Below, piece after piece: positions 1 through 12,898 of a stretch of DNA of 64,000 nucleotides. A model generated the notes under the pieces. The model ran no database searches and was not told the origin of the DNA. It saw only the letters and a program-made list of their open reading frames with translations. Each line of letters starts with the position of its first letter. Positions within the stretch are counted from its first letter, which is position 1. The DNA comes from Blepharisma stoltei ATCC 30299 (taxonomy: Eukaryota; Protista; Ciliophora): positions 62,001 through 126,000 of the forward strand of contig CBFDEM010000047.1 in NCBI GenBank assembly GCA_965603825.1, given 5' to 3'. Position numbers and translations under genes: made by a program.

Positions 1-740
1 ATAGCACCCTTAGGCATTCCTGTTGTCCCACTTGTATAGCAAATTGTATATAGTGAATCTGCAGTGGGAGGGTGAACTTCTCCATCAGGTGCCATACGTG
101 CAATTTCAGCCAAACTGTAAAATGCAAGCCCAAGACCTGAGGCTTCTGCTTTAAGTTCATCACTAATTTCCTCAAAAACAGCCACAATTTGAAGATTCTG
201 TATTAGTCCTTGTTTTCTGAATTTTATAATGCCTTCTGCTTGCTTCAATGGGCATGATACTGCTTTCATGTTGGTTTGGCCTAAAATGAAATCAAGACTT
301 TCTCCTTGTAAAGTATCATAAAGAGGCACAGACACTATTGACTGGGACATACAAGCAATGTCATTGACTATCCATTCTTCTCTATTGCGGGAATAAATGC
401 CTAGGAATGAGTTTCCTTCGTCATCTTTTGTGGTAATTCCTAAGGAATGATAGCCATATCCAAGACTTAAGGCAAATTGAGAGACTTCTCCATATGTTTT
501 CCATTGGTAGTCTCCTATAGTGCCGTCTGGATTTTTAGCTCGGGTGCCGAGGAAATTCTTTGAGCTATGGCGTTCAACAGAAGCTTTAAAGGACTCGTAT
601 AAGGTGGTCGCTCCATTGAAACACTTATAAGAAATATCTGGGCCAGGCTCAGGGTAGCCGAAAACTGGTGATTGGCCAGGAGATCCAGCATCTACAGCAG
701 CTGTATACCTAAAGGATGGCTTTGTTGAATTTGCACCCAT
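1..740 (-). CDS. Long-chain fatty acyl-CoA synthetase (AMP-binding family), runs off the left edge of the window
   Basis: Manual translation from ATG at 740: MGANSTKPSFRY...FLGTR...GDYQWKTYGEV...TICYTSGTTGMPKGA (AMP-binding signature). Absent from the ORF track because it has no stop in the window. Confidence 0.9.
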   Translation of the reverse strand, partial: MGANSTKPSFRYTAAVDAGSPGQSPVFGYPEPGPDISYKCFNGATTLYESFKASVERHSSKNFLGTRAKNPDGTIGDYQWKTYGEVSQFALSLGYGYHSLGITTKDDEGNSFLGIYSRNREEWIVNDIACMSQSIVSVPLYDTLQGESLDFILGQTNMKAVSCPLKQAEGIIKFRKQGLIQNLQIVAVFEEISDELKAEASGLGLAFYSLAEIARMAPDGEVHPPTADSLYTICYTSGTTGMPKGA

Positions 741-1331
741 ATTTATATATTCCACAAAAGATTAAGATTAATTAAGGTGTCAATGAAAATTCCTGATTAA
801 ATTTTGTGGGCTATATGTCATGCTCCAATCTAGTTCTTAAATAATTTTAATCCATTTATTTTATATTTTTAATATTTCTGTTTCTCTAATAACAAAGCTT
901 AAAGCTTATTTAATTTCCAAAAAAATTACTTTGAAGGGTTCTTTTGAATTTAATTTTTAATTAATTTATATCTACTACAGCTATTTGGAGATAAATATTT
1001 ATAAAGGAAAATTGTCGATTTCAAGTGCTATATAAATAAATGCTTAAAAGACTTAAGCACAAGTTCAATTAATTTTTTCCCTGGTAAGAACAGAAAAGTA
1101 AAGCTAATATTAAAAAATTTCTTATGAAAAAGAAATTTTTGTCAATTATTTATTAATTTGTGATAAATTCCAAGACCTTTTTAAGAATTTTAATTAGCTG
1201 AAACATTTGATAACTATCGTGGATACAGATGAATTTTTTAAAAATTCTTTATAATTTTATTATAAAATTATAATTTAAATGTAAAGCTTTGCTAATAATT
1301 TATTTTTGGACTCTAATAGATATTTTTCTTT

Positions 1332-2144
1332 ATGTCGTCCAGAGCATCAAATACTCCTAGGGCAACAACAAAATATCCAGAAAGCAGAGCATATTTTTCA
1401 ATAGAAGACCATACCAGAAAAGATTTACTTAATATACTTATACAAATCAAAAAGATAATCATGCTTAATGCTATCAATTCATTAGAATATGCTAAATGAG
1501 AAGCATTTACTGATTCAATTGTAATTATAAACAAACTATTGCTCATTTTAATAAAATCGAAGCAGATTTCTATTAGAGATTTCTACAAATCTCTAAAACA
1601 AGCATGGCTTTTTATCCTACAAGAATGGGATTTAATAAATGACCTTTATGGCTGAAATATCTTTTCTATTATTTTTCAAAAGCTCATAATGCATTTTATT
1701 AGCGTCAGCGATAATAAAAGAATGAAAAAGTGCCTCGAAGGCTTTATTTTAATTTCTGAAAAATTTGAAATTTTTAATGATAATTATTTGGATTTTTTAA
1801 ATCTTCTGATTACAGGCTATTATGATAATATTGATGAGGAAATCATAAGGTTATGCTTAAACTCTTTGAAAATTATAGAAAAACAACCCAAAAAATATGA
1901 AATCAATATGGGGAATTTAGAACTTTCTATAATTACATGATCCCTGATGATTGGGGAGGAAAAATATGATGAAAATGTTGAGAATTTATTAAAATTAGAT
2001 TGAGATATAGATGATATTTGGTATGATACAATTGAAAAGTTAATATGAAAGCTGTTTATAGATGAAAAACATGAGCTAGCATTATTATTAGATAAAAAGC
2101 TTAAAGAAGCTTATAATATAAAAATTAAAAATTTCCCAAATTAG
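1332..2144 (+). CDS. Hypothetical protein, 270 aa with TGA=Trp
   Basis: Continuous frame ATG1332 (MSSRASNTPR...) to TAG2142-2144 with five TGA and no TAA/TAG; includes track ORF 1689..1940. No recognised motif. Confidence 0.55.
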
Positions 2145-3068
2145 CCAAAAAAATCTACCAGAAATGTGCTTATTTGGGAAAATTAAATCAATAAAAATAT
2201 GAAAGAATTTCAATTATATAAATGTAAAAGTCTACATATTTCTAGCTAAAAAATGCAATTTATATGGTAAATGAAGAGCTTCATATAAATGTGTAAATTA
2301 AGCTGTATTTTTAAAGCCTTCATAATGAAATAGCATTAGATAAGGCGCGTTGCTTTCTGGACTTCAAGTTGCTTTACTCTATGTGCATTAGAAAGCAAAC
2401 CTAGAGAGCCCAACAACTCAGCCAACGAGTTGTCCGACAGATTGGGGTTCATCTTTCTGGATTGAGGTCACAAGGTGACTAATGAAGGAGCAAGGGAGAT
2501 TAAAATCCCAGACAAGAGATTTCAATAATCCTTCAAAATATTGAATCTTCTGCCTCCATATCTTTTAAAAATGCATGTTCAGTACTATAAATAGTTAGCA
2601 ATTGCGTCATGATTTTCTTATATTTGCGCTTCATAGAGCTAATAGTTTCAGACTTATTATAGAAATAAGGCATATTTATTGATATTTTTAAAGATATGAG
2701 TAAGGATTGCTCCATCATAAAAGGAGAGAATGAAAATTTCAAGATTAATGAGCCTTAAATATTATTAGTTACTTGATAGATAAAGGCTTTTATCTTAAGA
2801 GATTCTTCTCATTGAGTGGCATTTAACTATAAGATAATAATGGGTATTGCATAATTAAAATTGAGAAAATTACTAGAAGGAATTAATTAATTATTATCAA
2901 GTTTAATAGGGGAGCCAATCAATTTATTATGATTTAATAATGCGAAAAGGATTGTTTGTCCTGCGGAATCAGAACAATACTTAAACACTAATTAATTAAT
3001 TTTAAGTCATTTTTTCATTTATTTTCCTACAATTTTAGCAGTTTCTAATCTGAAATTATCATTTATAA

Positions 3069-3887
3069 ATGCAAAAAGAACAAATTTTTCATGAAAGCAT
3101 CACTTTATTCCGAGATCGTCTCGCAGACCTAATTACAGTTGAATTCATGAGAAAATACCACAATGGGTGGGTCAGAAAAGTTGTTTCACTATTTGACAAG
3201 CGCCATGAGCGCTCAAAACTCAATGATTTAAAAACATGGGACATAATCCCTCTAATGCATCTCTTAAAATCCAACGAAATCATTTGTGACCCGAAATTTG
3301 GCCCAAGGACTCATTTATCTTTTATAAAAGTCATCAAAAAATATAGGAATTATTGGGCACATCAGCAGCCTTTGGAATGATATGAAGTTTATAGGGCGGT
3401 GGATATGATGATTTTATTATTAGAAATCTATGGAACTGGGTCTCAAGCTTTAATTGAAAATCGAGACTTAATTTTAAGCGAGATGGCAAGAATAAAGGAA
3501 GCAGAAAAAAGAAAAGGGGTCATTGAAGAAAAGAAAATTGTGAGGGAGGAGCCGCCGAAGCGGAAAATTTATGAAAATCCTCATTTTGTGAAGAAACAGC
3601 AGAGCACTGAATTAAAACGAGAAGAAAGCCCTGAGATTGATGCAGGGGATTATGAAAATCTATCTGGACAGTTGCCGACGAACTGCAGCATATGTGATAA
3701 TCAGCTTGGGAATGTAATTTATTTTGAGCATTCTTCATGCAAAGCTAGTATTTGCTACCTATGCATTCAAAACAATTCTATGATAAAAAATAATGACTCC
3801 TGTCCAGGATGCAGAAGTAGATTTTCACTTGAAGAAAACGATTATATTAATTTGATAGTAGAAGCAATGCAAGGATATCCACAATAA
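3069..3887 (+). CDS. Swt1-like HEPN domain + C-terminal RING-type zinc finger protein (272 aa)
   Basis: Track ORFs 3069..3380 and 3399..3887 join in frame via TGA3378 (QQPLE-W-YEVYRAVDMM). HEPN Rx4H motif RNYWAH in Swt1-like context; C-terminal CSIC...HSSC...CYLC...CPGC. Confidence 0.75.
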
Positions 3888-4050
3888 ATAACCAAATTTA
3901 AATTAATTTTATGCTATTTGTAAAATATTGCTTATTTGAACTAAATTATTCCAATTTCGAAAGCAATTTTCGTTCACAAAACAAGGTATAATGGAGCATA
4001 AAGCTAAATTAAATTCTTTTAACAAAAATTAAAGAATAATTCTAATTATT

Positions 4051-4956
4051 TTATCTTATTAGATGTAATGGGAAATTTTTCGTAATTTGATACCCATCAA
4101 AGAACAAAATTACCAAGTTCACTTCAAACTCAATCCTAAATTTCTTATAAAAAGTCGTAGGGCATGTAAACTGCCTTGGGAACAGCATAAATAGCGGGAT
4201 TTGTGCTCCTTTCCTCACATTTCCATCCGCAATTTGCAGACTTTGCACTTCTGTCGCTTCTTTAATAGTCCCATCGTTAGATGTAATTGATTCTATTCTG
4301 ATTACTTGCAATTCAATGCTTTTTATACCTTTAGACGACTCCATCACAGACAGCCAGCCATTGAAATCTCCATTAAGCTCAAATACAGATGAAGCCAATT
4401 CCCCTACAATGCGGAAATTAGGGACATTGCTGAGCTTTCCTGGGTTTTCAATGCTTGCAGGGGAAATATTAAAAGGGACTGGAACTTTTTCTCGGGTCAT
4501 ACCTTCACTGAGTCCAAGATCTGGGACTTGTACAACGATTTTTAAAGAATTTGGGTTGTTTATGCGATTTTTTACATTTTCAGAGACCACAAAAACTGAT
4601 TTTATTTCATATTGGATTGTGATGTAGACGCCTATATAAGTCTCCAATAGAAATTGCCCTTCAATTGGGACTAAATTTATAACAAATGGGAAAATCATTT
4701 TCGATTCAGTAAAAGTGCCTCCTGGAAGGGTTTCTGTAGACTTGCAGAGGGTTTGGGGTGGGACTTGAGGGAGAAGAGAGTCAAGAGCACCTACATTTTT
4801 AACGCTGGCTTGGCCTCGGATGTATCCATCGAAGTTAACGATCAGATTATTGTATTGGATGCCAATTGGAGCGTCTTCAATGCTTATGTGGCCTCTAATT
4901 TGTTCACCTGCGGTAAAAGTCTTGTTATTTCTCTCCAATACAATTTCTGCTTTCAT
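4051..4956 (-). CDS. VPS26C: VPS26C/DSCR3 (arrestin-fold retriever subunit)
   Basis: LLETYIGVYITIQYEIK, IKSIELQVIRIES, EATEVQSLQIADGNV, LFPRQFTCPT, FRIEFEVNL motifs typical of DSCR3. Confidence 0.85.
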   Translation of the reverse strand: MKAEIVLERNNKTFTAGEQIRGHISIEDAPIGIQYNNLIVNFDGYIRGQASVKNVGALDSLLPQVPPQTLCKSTETLPGGTFTESKMIFPFVINLVPIEGQFLLETYIGVYITIQYEIKSVFVVSENVKNRINNPNSLKIVVQVPDLGLSEGMTREKVPVPFNISPASIENPGKLSNVPNFRIVGELASSVFELNGDFNGWLSVMESSKGIKSIELQVIRIESITSNDGTIKEATEVQSLQIADGNVRKGAQIPLFMLFPRQFTCPTTFYKKFRIEFEVNLVILFFDGYQITKNFPLHLIR

Positions 4957-5307
4957 ATTGAAATAAATTAAAAATTTGACATTATTTATTTTTTATAGCC
5001 TTATTGAGCTTTCTTATCGAAATTCTTATAAACTTGTAGGCTAAATATCTCCATACAAAAATAAGGCTCTACATTTTCTAAAATTAATAAAATATGTCGT
5101 CTTCTCATCAAGTTTTATTTTATTATCTTAATCTTTCCCTCCTTTTAATTTTTGTAATTTTTATCAGAATTTTCTATTTATTTTAGCATTATATTAGAAA
5201 TAAAAAATAAATTCATTGAAAATTTGCCACAAAATATTCTGATAAAGATGTATGTAATTTTTTATATGATTGGAAATCATTCTTAACATTTCTACCATTA
5301 AAATAAA

Positions 5308-5763
5308 ATGACGGAAGAAGATGAACAAAAATTAGTAATTCCTTCAGTTGTTCGTTGGGAATTATCATTCCCAAATGAAGCTTTTGTATATCAACTCTCA
5401 CAGGAAATTAATTCTGAACGTGAGAGGAGCTTGTCAATAGCCCGCGAATTGGAACAAGAAAAAAGGAAGAATGAAGAGCTAGAAAAATATTTAGCTTCCT
5501 TAGTGAATTCGAAGCCAGGTGTTCCTAGGGTGGAAAGTAATAATTCTATTGCGAGCACTGCTCCAGATTTAAATGATGAAAAACCTCTTATAGGGGCTTA
5601 TTCTGCCGAAATTCGAAAGCAGAAAATTCTAAAGTATAAGCAAAAGATGGTAAGATATCGACAAAAAGTGCGACTTTCACGAAAGTTTGGAGGAAGAAGC
5701 AAAGTTGCTAAACAAAAACTGAGGATCAAAGGGAAATTTGTGAAGAGTATTGACAATATTTAG
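5308..5763 (+). CDS. CCT-motif protein with coiled coil
   Basis: C-terminal IGAYSAEIRKQKILKYKQK...RKFGGRSKVAKQKLRIKGKFVK resembles the CCT (CONSTANS/TOC1) motif ending RxKGxF. Confidence 0.7.
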   Translation: MTEEDEQKLVIPSVVRWELSFPNEAFVYQLSQEINSERERSLSIARELEQEKRKNEELEKYLASLVNSKPGVPRVESNNSIASTAPDLNDEKPLIGAYSAEIRKQKILKYKQKMVRYRQKVRLSRKFGGRSKVAKQKLRIKGKFVKSIDNI

Positions 5764-6215
5764 TAATCTCACTATGCGTGATGTCATTATGAGAGTAAAA
5801 TGGCTAAATAATTGAAAAATTTACAAAAAATTTTGAATAATAATTAGAATTGGGTAAAAAGCTATTGGAGTATTATGTTTAAAGCCTTTAGAATTGCTGG
5901 TGAATAACAATAAAGTAATTTTATCTTGAAACTATGATAAAAATTAAAAAATTATCAAGCAGTGTTTTTAGGAACTAAAAACAATTATATAAAGCTACCC
6001 ACAAAATTAGTGATTTACCTATATGGAAAAAATAATTTGTTATTAAAAAAGGCAATTCACAGCTTTCTTGGGTTTTATTTGAAAAATAACTTTTTTTCTG
6101 AAACTAATAGAAATTTTTAATTTAAATATAGCTACTTATAATACTAAAAAATCACATTCCAACAATTCACTATTCCTAAAGCTGCTTTATATAAAAATTA
6201 CTAAATTCTTATCTA

Positions 6216-7781
6216 TTAAATATGGTGTGTGGCAACAGCCTCATACTTTTTTGTGTCAAAAGGATAAAGCCAGTGCCTAAACATTGATTTTTCCCTTACG
6301 CTATTAATCCCCATTTCTTTCAACAGATCATCAATATAGAAAGGAGAGTAAGTTTGTGAGCTAATAAATATCGGCTTATGTTTATAAGCCGGATAATAGG
6401 CAAATCCTTGCTTTTTCTTCTCCTCAATGTCTTTTTTCATATCATCAATTGATGGGACTTTTACGTGCCCTCTCAGCATATCATTAATCCACATAGCTTG
6501 AATATTAAACCAAAGCGACGTATAAATAGTAATAAAAGCACCTACGAAAGCCACGTTTCGTTTCCCAGGGATTAGCATGTGTTTATAACTCCAAAACCCG
6601 TCTTCTTTTAGAGGTTCTATAAAGTATTGGGCATTAAAACCAGTCGCATAAACTATAGTGTCAGCTTCTATGAAATTCCCATTTACAATGACACCATTTT
6701 CTTGAATTTCAGAAATTGTGCCTTTAATAATTTTTATTTTTCCATTGCGAATGTTTTCTTGTGTATGCTCTTGTCGAAGCCCAGCTGTTTCAATAAAATG
6801 GAACTTTTGGTCGTCAGGTTGAAATTCTTTGATTGCTTTATATCGGAATTGCAAATCCATAAATTTCAAAAGTAAATATTCAATAGGATAAAGATATTTG
6901 TGAATAAAGGAATTTTCGGTATCAAAAATAATGCCAAAGGTGTACATAAATCTAGATAGTAAAGTGACCCATAAAGGGATTCCATAAGGCTTTTCTTCTT
7001 CGGGGAAGCTATATCCTACAGTTCTGATTAGCCCAGTTGGCTTTCCGCCGTATTCTAGTGTTGTGTTCATTATATCAAATGCACTTTTTCCAGACCCAAC
7101 CACGATGACTTTTTTATTTTCACATAAATGCTTTGCATTTATAAATTGGCTGCTGTGGAGTATTTTTCCTTTAAATTTTTCTTGTCCTTTAAAACTTGGG
7201 ATATTTGGGTTATTATGAAGCCCAGCGGCCACAATAAGGAAGTCATAATCTTTGGTAGTACCGTCACTAAAAGTCAATTTCCAAGTCTCATCAGGGTTTT
7301 GGGTAATATTTTTGACCTCTTTATTGAAACTGCATACTGAATTCAAGCCAAATTTTTCAGCATAAGCTTCTAGCCATGCTTTTACTTGTCCTTGCTTTGG
7401 GAATGTTGGATAACTCTCTGGCATATGAAAATCAGGAATATGATAAGTTTCTTTTGGCCCTTGAAGTCCTGCATTGTCGTAATTTTTATGCCAGACTCCT
7501 CCGACCCCAGGATTTTTATCAATAAGTTCTACGTCGTAGCCTTGTAATTTGAAGGTTTTTGCACTTACAAGCCCTGCCACGCCGCCTCCAAGAACGCCAA
7601 TTGTTTTTGGGATTTTCGAAATTATGTGTTTGTTAGGATGCTGGTCATATGAAATTTTAGGCAAAATCTGATAAGCAGGCCCAGTAGACTCTGGGTGACT
7701 AACTGTGGAGAATAAGTAATATCCAGCCCCTAGTGGAGCAATTAGTGGAGCTTTCTTGATCATCCTCCTTAAAAATGCCAT
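6216..7781 (-). CDS. Flavin-containing monooxygenase (class B FMO)
   Basis: GGGVAG FAD motif, GGVW, FMO fingerprint FKGKILHSSQF, NADPH motif GSGKSA, DTIVYATGF. Confidence 0.92.
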   Translation of the reverse strand: MAFLRRMIKKAPLIAPLGAGYYLFSTVSHPESTGPAYQILPKISYDQHPNKHIISKIPKTIGVLGGGVAGLVSAKTFKLQGYDVELIDKNPGVGGVWHKNYDNAGLQGPKETYHIPDFHMPESYPTFPKQGQVKAWLEAYAEKFGLNSVCSFNKEVKNITQNPDETWKLTFSDGTTKDYDFLIVAAGLHNNPNIPSFKGQEKFKGKILHSSQFINAKHLCENKKVIVVGSGKSAFDIMNTTLEYGGKPTGLIRTVGYSFPEEEKPYGIPLWVTLLSRFMYTFGIIFDTENSFIHKYLYPIEYLLLKFMDLQFRYKAIKEFQPDDQKFHFIETAGLRQEHTQENIRNGKIKIIKGTISEIQENGVIVNGNFIEADTIVYATGFNAQYFIEPLKEDGFWSYKHMLIPGKRNVAFVGAFITIYTSLWFNIQAMWINDMLRGHVKVPSIDDMKKDIEEKKKQGFAYYPAYKHKPIFISSQTYSPFYIDDLLKEMGINSVREKSMFRHWLYPFDTKKYEAVATHHI

Positions 7782-8239
7782 TATAGCAGCTATATGCTGG
7801 TGAATTTAAATTTACGTCACTAATGTGGATTAATTAAGAAAAAAATGATTAGGGAAGAAAAGCAGTTAGTTAGAGAAACAGATTTTAGTGTCTGTGGGCA
7901 AATCAGTCAATTAAGTTCTCCATATTAATTTTTCACCACCTCAGGGTGTTAAAATGGACAAATTCAGAATGATTGAAAATTGCATAAGGATTGAAGCAAT
8001 TGTAAGAGCTCAAAGTTATTGCTGTATTTAAGTATAGACTATTATTGATTAATTAAATAATAAAAGTAATTTTAATAAATATTTTGTTTGAGAGTATGTA
8101 GTGATATTTATTTGATATTTTTATACTTTTGATTTAGGCCAAGCTACATTTTCGACTTGCAAAAATTTTTTTATTCAAGAACTAACATATTTGAAAATCT
8201 TCCATCATTATTAAGGCATTTTTATGAATAAATTTTATC

Positions 8240-8625
8240 TAAATTTTCCTAGCTAATTGTTTTTCTTCAGGATTAAATCTGAAGAGAGGGTTCCTTCATT
8301 TTAGGCTGCTTAGGGAATGAGTCATAGTTGATCTGAGATCGGATAATCAAAATTATTTGATAATTGTCTTTTAAAGTTTGCAGCCAACTATTATCATCAT
8401 TTTTATATCAAACTCCGCCTGGTCAAGATTTTTTCCTATAATTTCAATGCAATATCCTTCCTTTTAGAGTTGTTGCCCAATTAAGCAAGAATTCCTCCAT
8501 TGATAATTCCAATAGTTTTTAAATTTTTTGAAATAATATGCTTATTTGGATTTTGATCATATTAACCTTAAGAATTAATTGATAAGGAGGAGCTACAGGC
8601 TCTGGATTGTTATTTTGATTATAAA
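8240..8625 (-). pseudogene. Decayed 5' fragment of a second FMO copy
   Basis: Frameshifted and stop-containing pieces NPEPVAPPYQL..YDQNPNKHIISK..KTIGIINGG..GGV[TGA]YKNDDN..YDSFPKQ align to HPESTGPAYQI..YDQHPNKHIISK..KTIGVLGGG..GGVWHKNYDN..YPTFPKQ of the neighbouring FMO. Confidence 0.8.
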
Positions 8626-8661
8626 TAGCTTAGAATCCATATAATCTTAAATATTTTTAGT

Positions 8662-9537
8662 TTAAAAATTTTTGGCCAACGGCGATCTTCGGCTAAACTC
8701 TTCTCTCTTAGCAGGGCTTGGAGTGCTTTCTTGCAAGAAATCCTTTGTTCTTATCCCTGATTTAAATGGGGTTATCATTTGCACATTTCTTTCTTCATAA
8801 TCTTGATTTCTTTCTCCATATCCCCTTCTCTCATTTTCATATCTTTTTGGATAATCACTCTTTTCTATCTCATTTCTTTTTTCTAGCAATTCCTGCACAT
8901 CCTTTATTTTCTTTTCTTTTTCTTCCACACATAGCTGCAGCTCAAGCTCTCTTTCATTTGCAATTCTTTTTTCTTTATCCAGCTCTTCTTCTAATTGTAA
9001 AAGCAAACTCTCCTGCGATTTTACATATTCTTCCATTCTCCGTATTTCTTCTTGTTTTTGGGTAATTATTTCTTGGTCTTTTTTGTGGATTTCTTCTTGA
9101 TATTTTAAAATGCCTTGGTTGCTTATATATTCCCTCATTTTAGTTTCTAAAGTTTTAAGCAAAATAGTCGTTTCTTGCTGTAGCGCGATCTCTTTTTCCT
9201 TATTCGATTTTATTGAATTTTCTTTTTGTTTGAGTTCTGCAGAGATTTGACTATCTTCTTCTTGGAGCTTTGCAAGCTGGTCTCGTAACGATTTAATTTC
9301 ATTTTCTGGTAAATCAGTCTCAAGGTCTGAAATCATTTTTTCAAGGCTTTCAATTTCTTCAGCAATGCCTTCAGCTTCATGTTGGTGAATTTGAATTTCT
9401 GTGTTGTGCTTTTCTAGTTGCTTGTCTATGTCTAGTTTGCAAGACTGGAGATATTCAATTTCTTGCTGAATTGAGGAAATGTCGCTTTTTCACGGTTCTG
9501 ATGATAATTCAGAGTGTGAGATGGGAAATAGGGACAT
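8662..9537 (-). CDS. Coiled-coil protein (291 aa)
   Basis: Track ORF extended in frame through one TGA to ATG9537 (MSLFPISHSELSSEP-W-KSDISS); E/K/Q-rich heptads. Confidence 0.7.
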
Positions 9538-9781
9538 ATTATTTAAAAGAAGAATCGGATATTAATTGAGAAATGTATAAGATAAAGATGTGCAAAAATA
9601 AATATTAATTATTTTTCTATATGAAACTCTATTTTGATGTTTTTTTTGCTTAATATAGAATACCATAAATATCTATATTGAAATTTGTCACAGCTAATCA
9701 ATAATTTTTTTTATAATGCTAAATCATAAAATTAATAAATTAAAGTAAAATTAAGTCGTTTTTGATAATGCATTTGCTTCT

Positions 9782-10741
9782 CTATATAACACTCAAGATA
9801 CCTCCAATAATAGCCCCTACAACAGAAACAATATTGCATATTGCACTAGTATTATTACTAATAAAACTGAGAGTATCCTTAGCTGTCGATATAATTTCAC
9901 TTCATTTAACTAGCTGTTCACTTAGCTTAGCCAAATTATTAGATTTCTTCGAAGATTTAATGAGTCCATTAGAACCCCAAACTTCAGCCTTTGATTTCCC
10001 GTCTTTATCAGTAAAAATTCCTTTCAATTTTTTATTATTCACAAATTCGCCTACAAATTTTGTCCCATTTGCATATTTTAAGACACCATCACCGCTCATT
10101 TTATCATTTTTAAATTCCCCTATATAAGTATCCCCACTTGGCCATTTAAAAGTGCCATTTCCATGCTTTTGGCTATTGCAAAAGCTTCCTTCATATTTTC
10201 TTCCGTCAGGAATTGTATAAATTCCATGGCCATTGATGAAATCGTTATTAAAATTTCCCTCATAGACCATACCTTCTGGCCATTTAAACCTGCCAGGTCC
10301 ATGAAGCTTGGAATTTCTGAATTCTCCACTATATCTCCGCCCATCAGGTAAATAAATTTCCCCTTCTCCATGCAGCTGGTCGTTAATCCATTTTCCTTTT
10401 AATATAGTTCCATCAGTTTTCGTCAAAGTGCCTTGCCCATTTATGTGGGAATTTTGAAATTCTCCCTCATAAACATTTCCATTGGGCCATTCAAAATTTC
10501 CTTGTCCTTCTTTTTGTCCCATATTAAAGTCACCTACGTACCTTCGTCCGTCTGGAAAGCATAGGACACCTCAGCCATGTCAGCTGCCACTTGATCAATC
10601 CCCATCATAAGTATAGCCACTTGTATAGATCATATACCCTTTTCTATGTGGTATGAAGTTATTTGTGTAAGTATCTATAAATGCAGAGCCTTCATAAAAC
10701 TCATCTCTTGTATGGTAACTGACATCATAGAGATCTTGCAT
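9782..10741 (-). CDS. MORN-repeat protein with C-terminal hydrophobic tail (319 aa)
   Basis: Repeated YEGEF..G..HGxG units. The track ORF extends both ways through TGA (YDGD-W; LVK-W-SEIIS) to TAG9782; ends AICNIVSVVGAIIGGILSVI. Confidence 0.85.
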
Positions 10742-11313
10742 TATTCTTGACTAAAAAAATTATAGAACAAATTGAAATGGCAAGTTTTTATATTTTCTCA
10801 ATTGTGAATTTTGATAAGGAAGTATGAAAGATGTAGTTTTTTGAAAAATAAATGAATTTTATAATAAAAATAAAGATTGATCAGAATATTTTTTAGATTC
10901 TAATATAGTTATAATAAAAATTAAATGAAAATGAAGATTAATTGATAATTTTATTATGCAAGATGGAAATGGTATGAAGCTTTAATTAGGTAATTTTATA
11001 TATATGAATAGTTGATCAAATTTCTTTTAATTTATAGGATAATAAAAATTATTATGGAATATGAAAGCAAACCTTATAAAAATGGCCTATTAAGAAGACT
11101 TTCAATACTCTGATATTGCATACTTTAGTGTTAAAATATGAAAAGGGTAATAAAATCAAAGATAAGGGATTTATCAAGTCAATAAAGAAAATCTAAATAT
11201 AAAAATTTCATGCGATTATTAAAGGATAAAGGCAAGACGCAAAATCAATATTTAAAACCAATTAAAATTTACTATAAAATGGCTTTTTATATTTGAAGCT
11301 TTCTAAGATTTAA

Positions 11314-12702
<1,389 letters not shown>

Positions 12703-12898
12703 CTAGAATGCAATAGATTTAGCTCAAAATGCCAAATTTGGAAATTTTCTTTAAATTAGCATTTCTAGCTCATTTATTTTAATTAAATTATAATAATAAA
12801 ATAAAGATAAAGAGAATAATGCAAAAACTTGTATTATAATAGTGTATTATTATATTTATAAAACCTTTAATAAAACCTGTGAAAATTTAGTAAATTTA

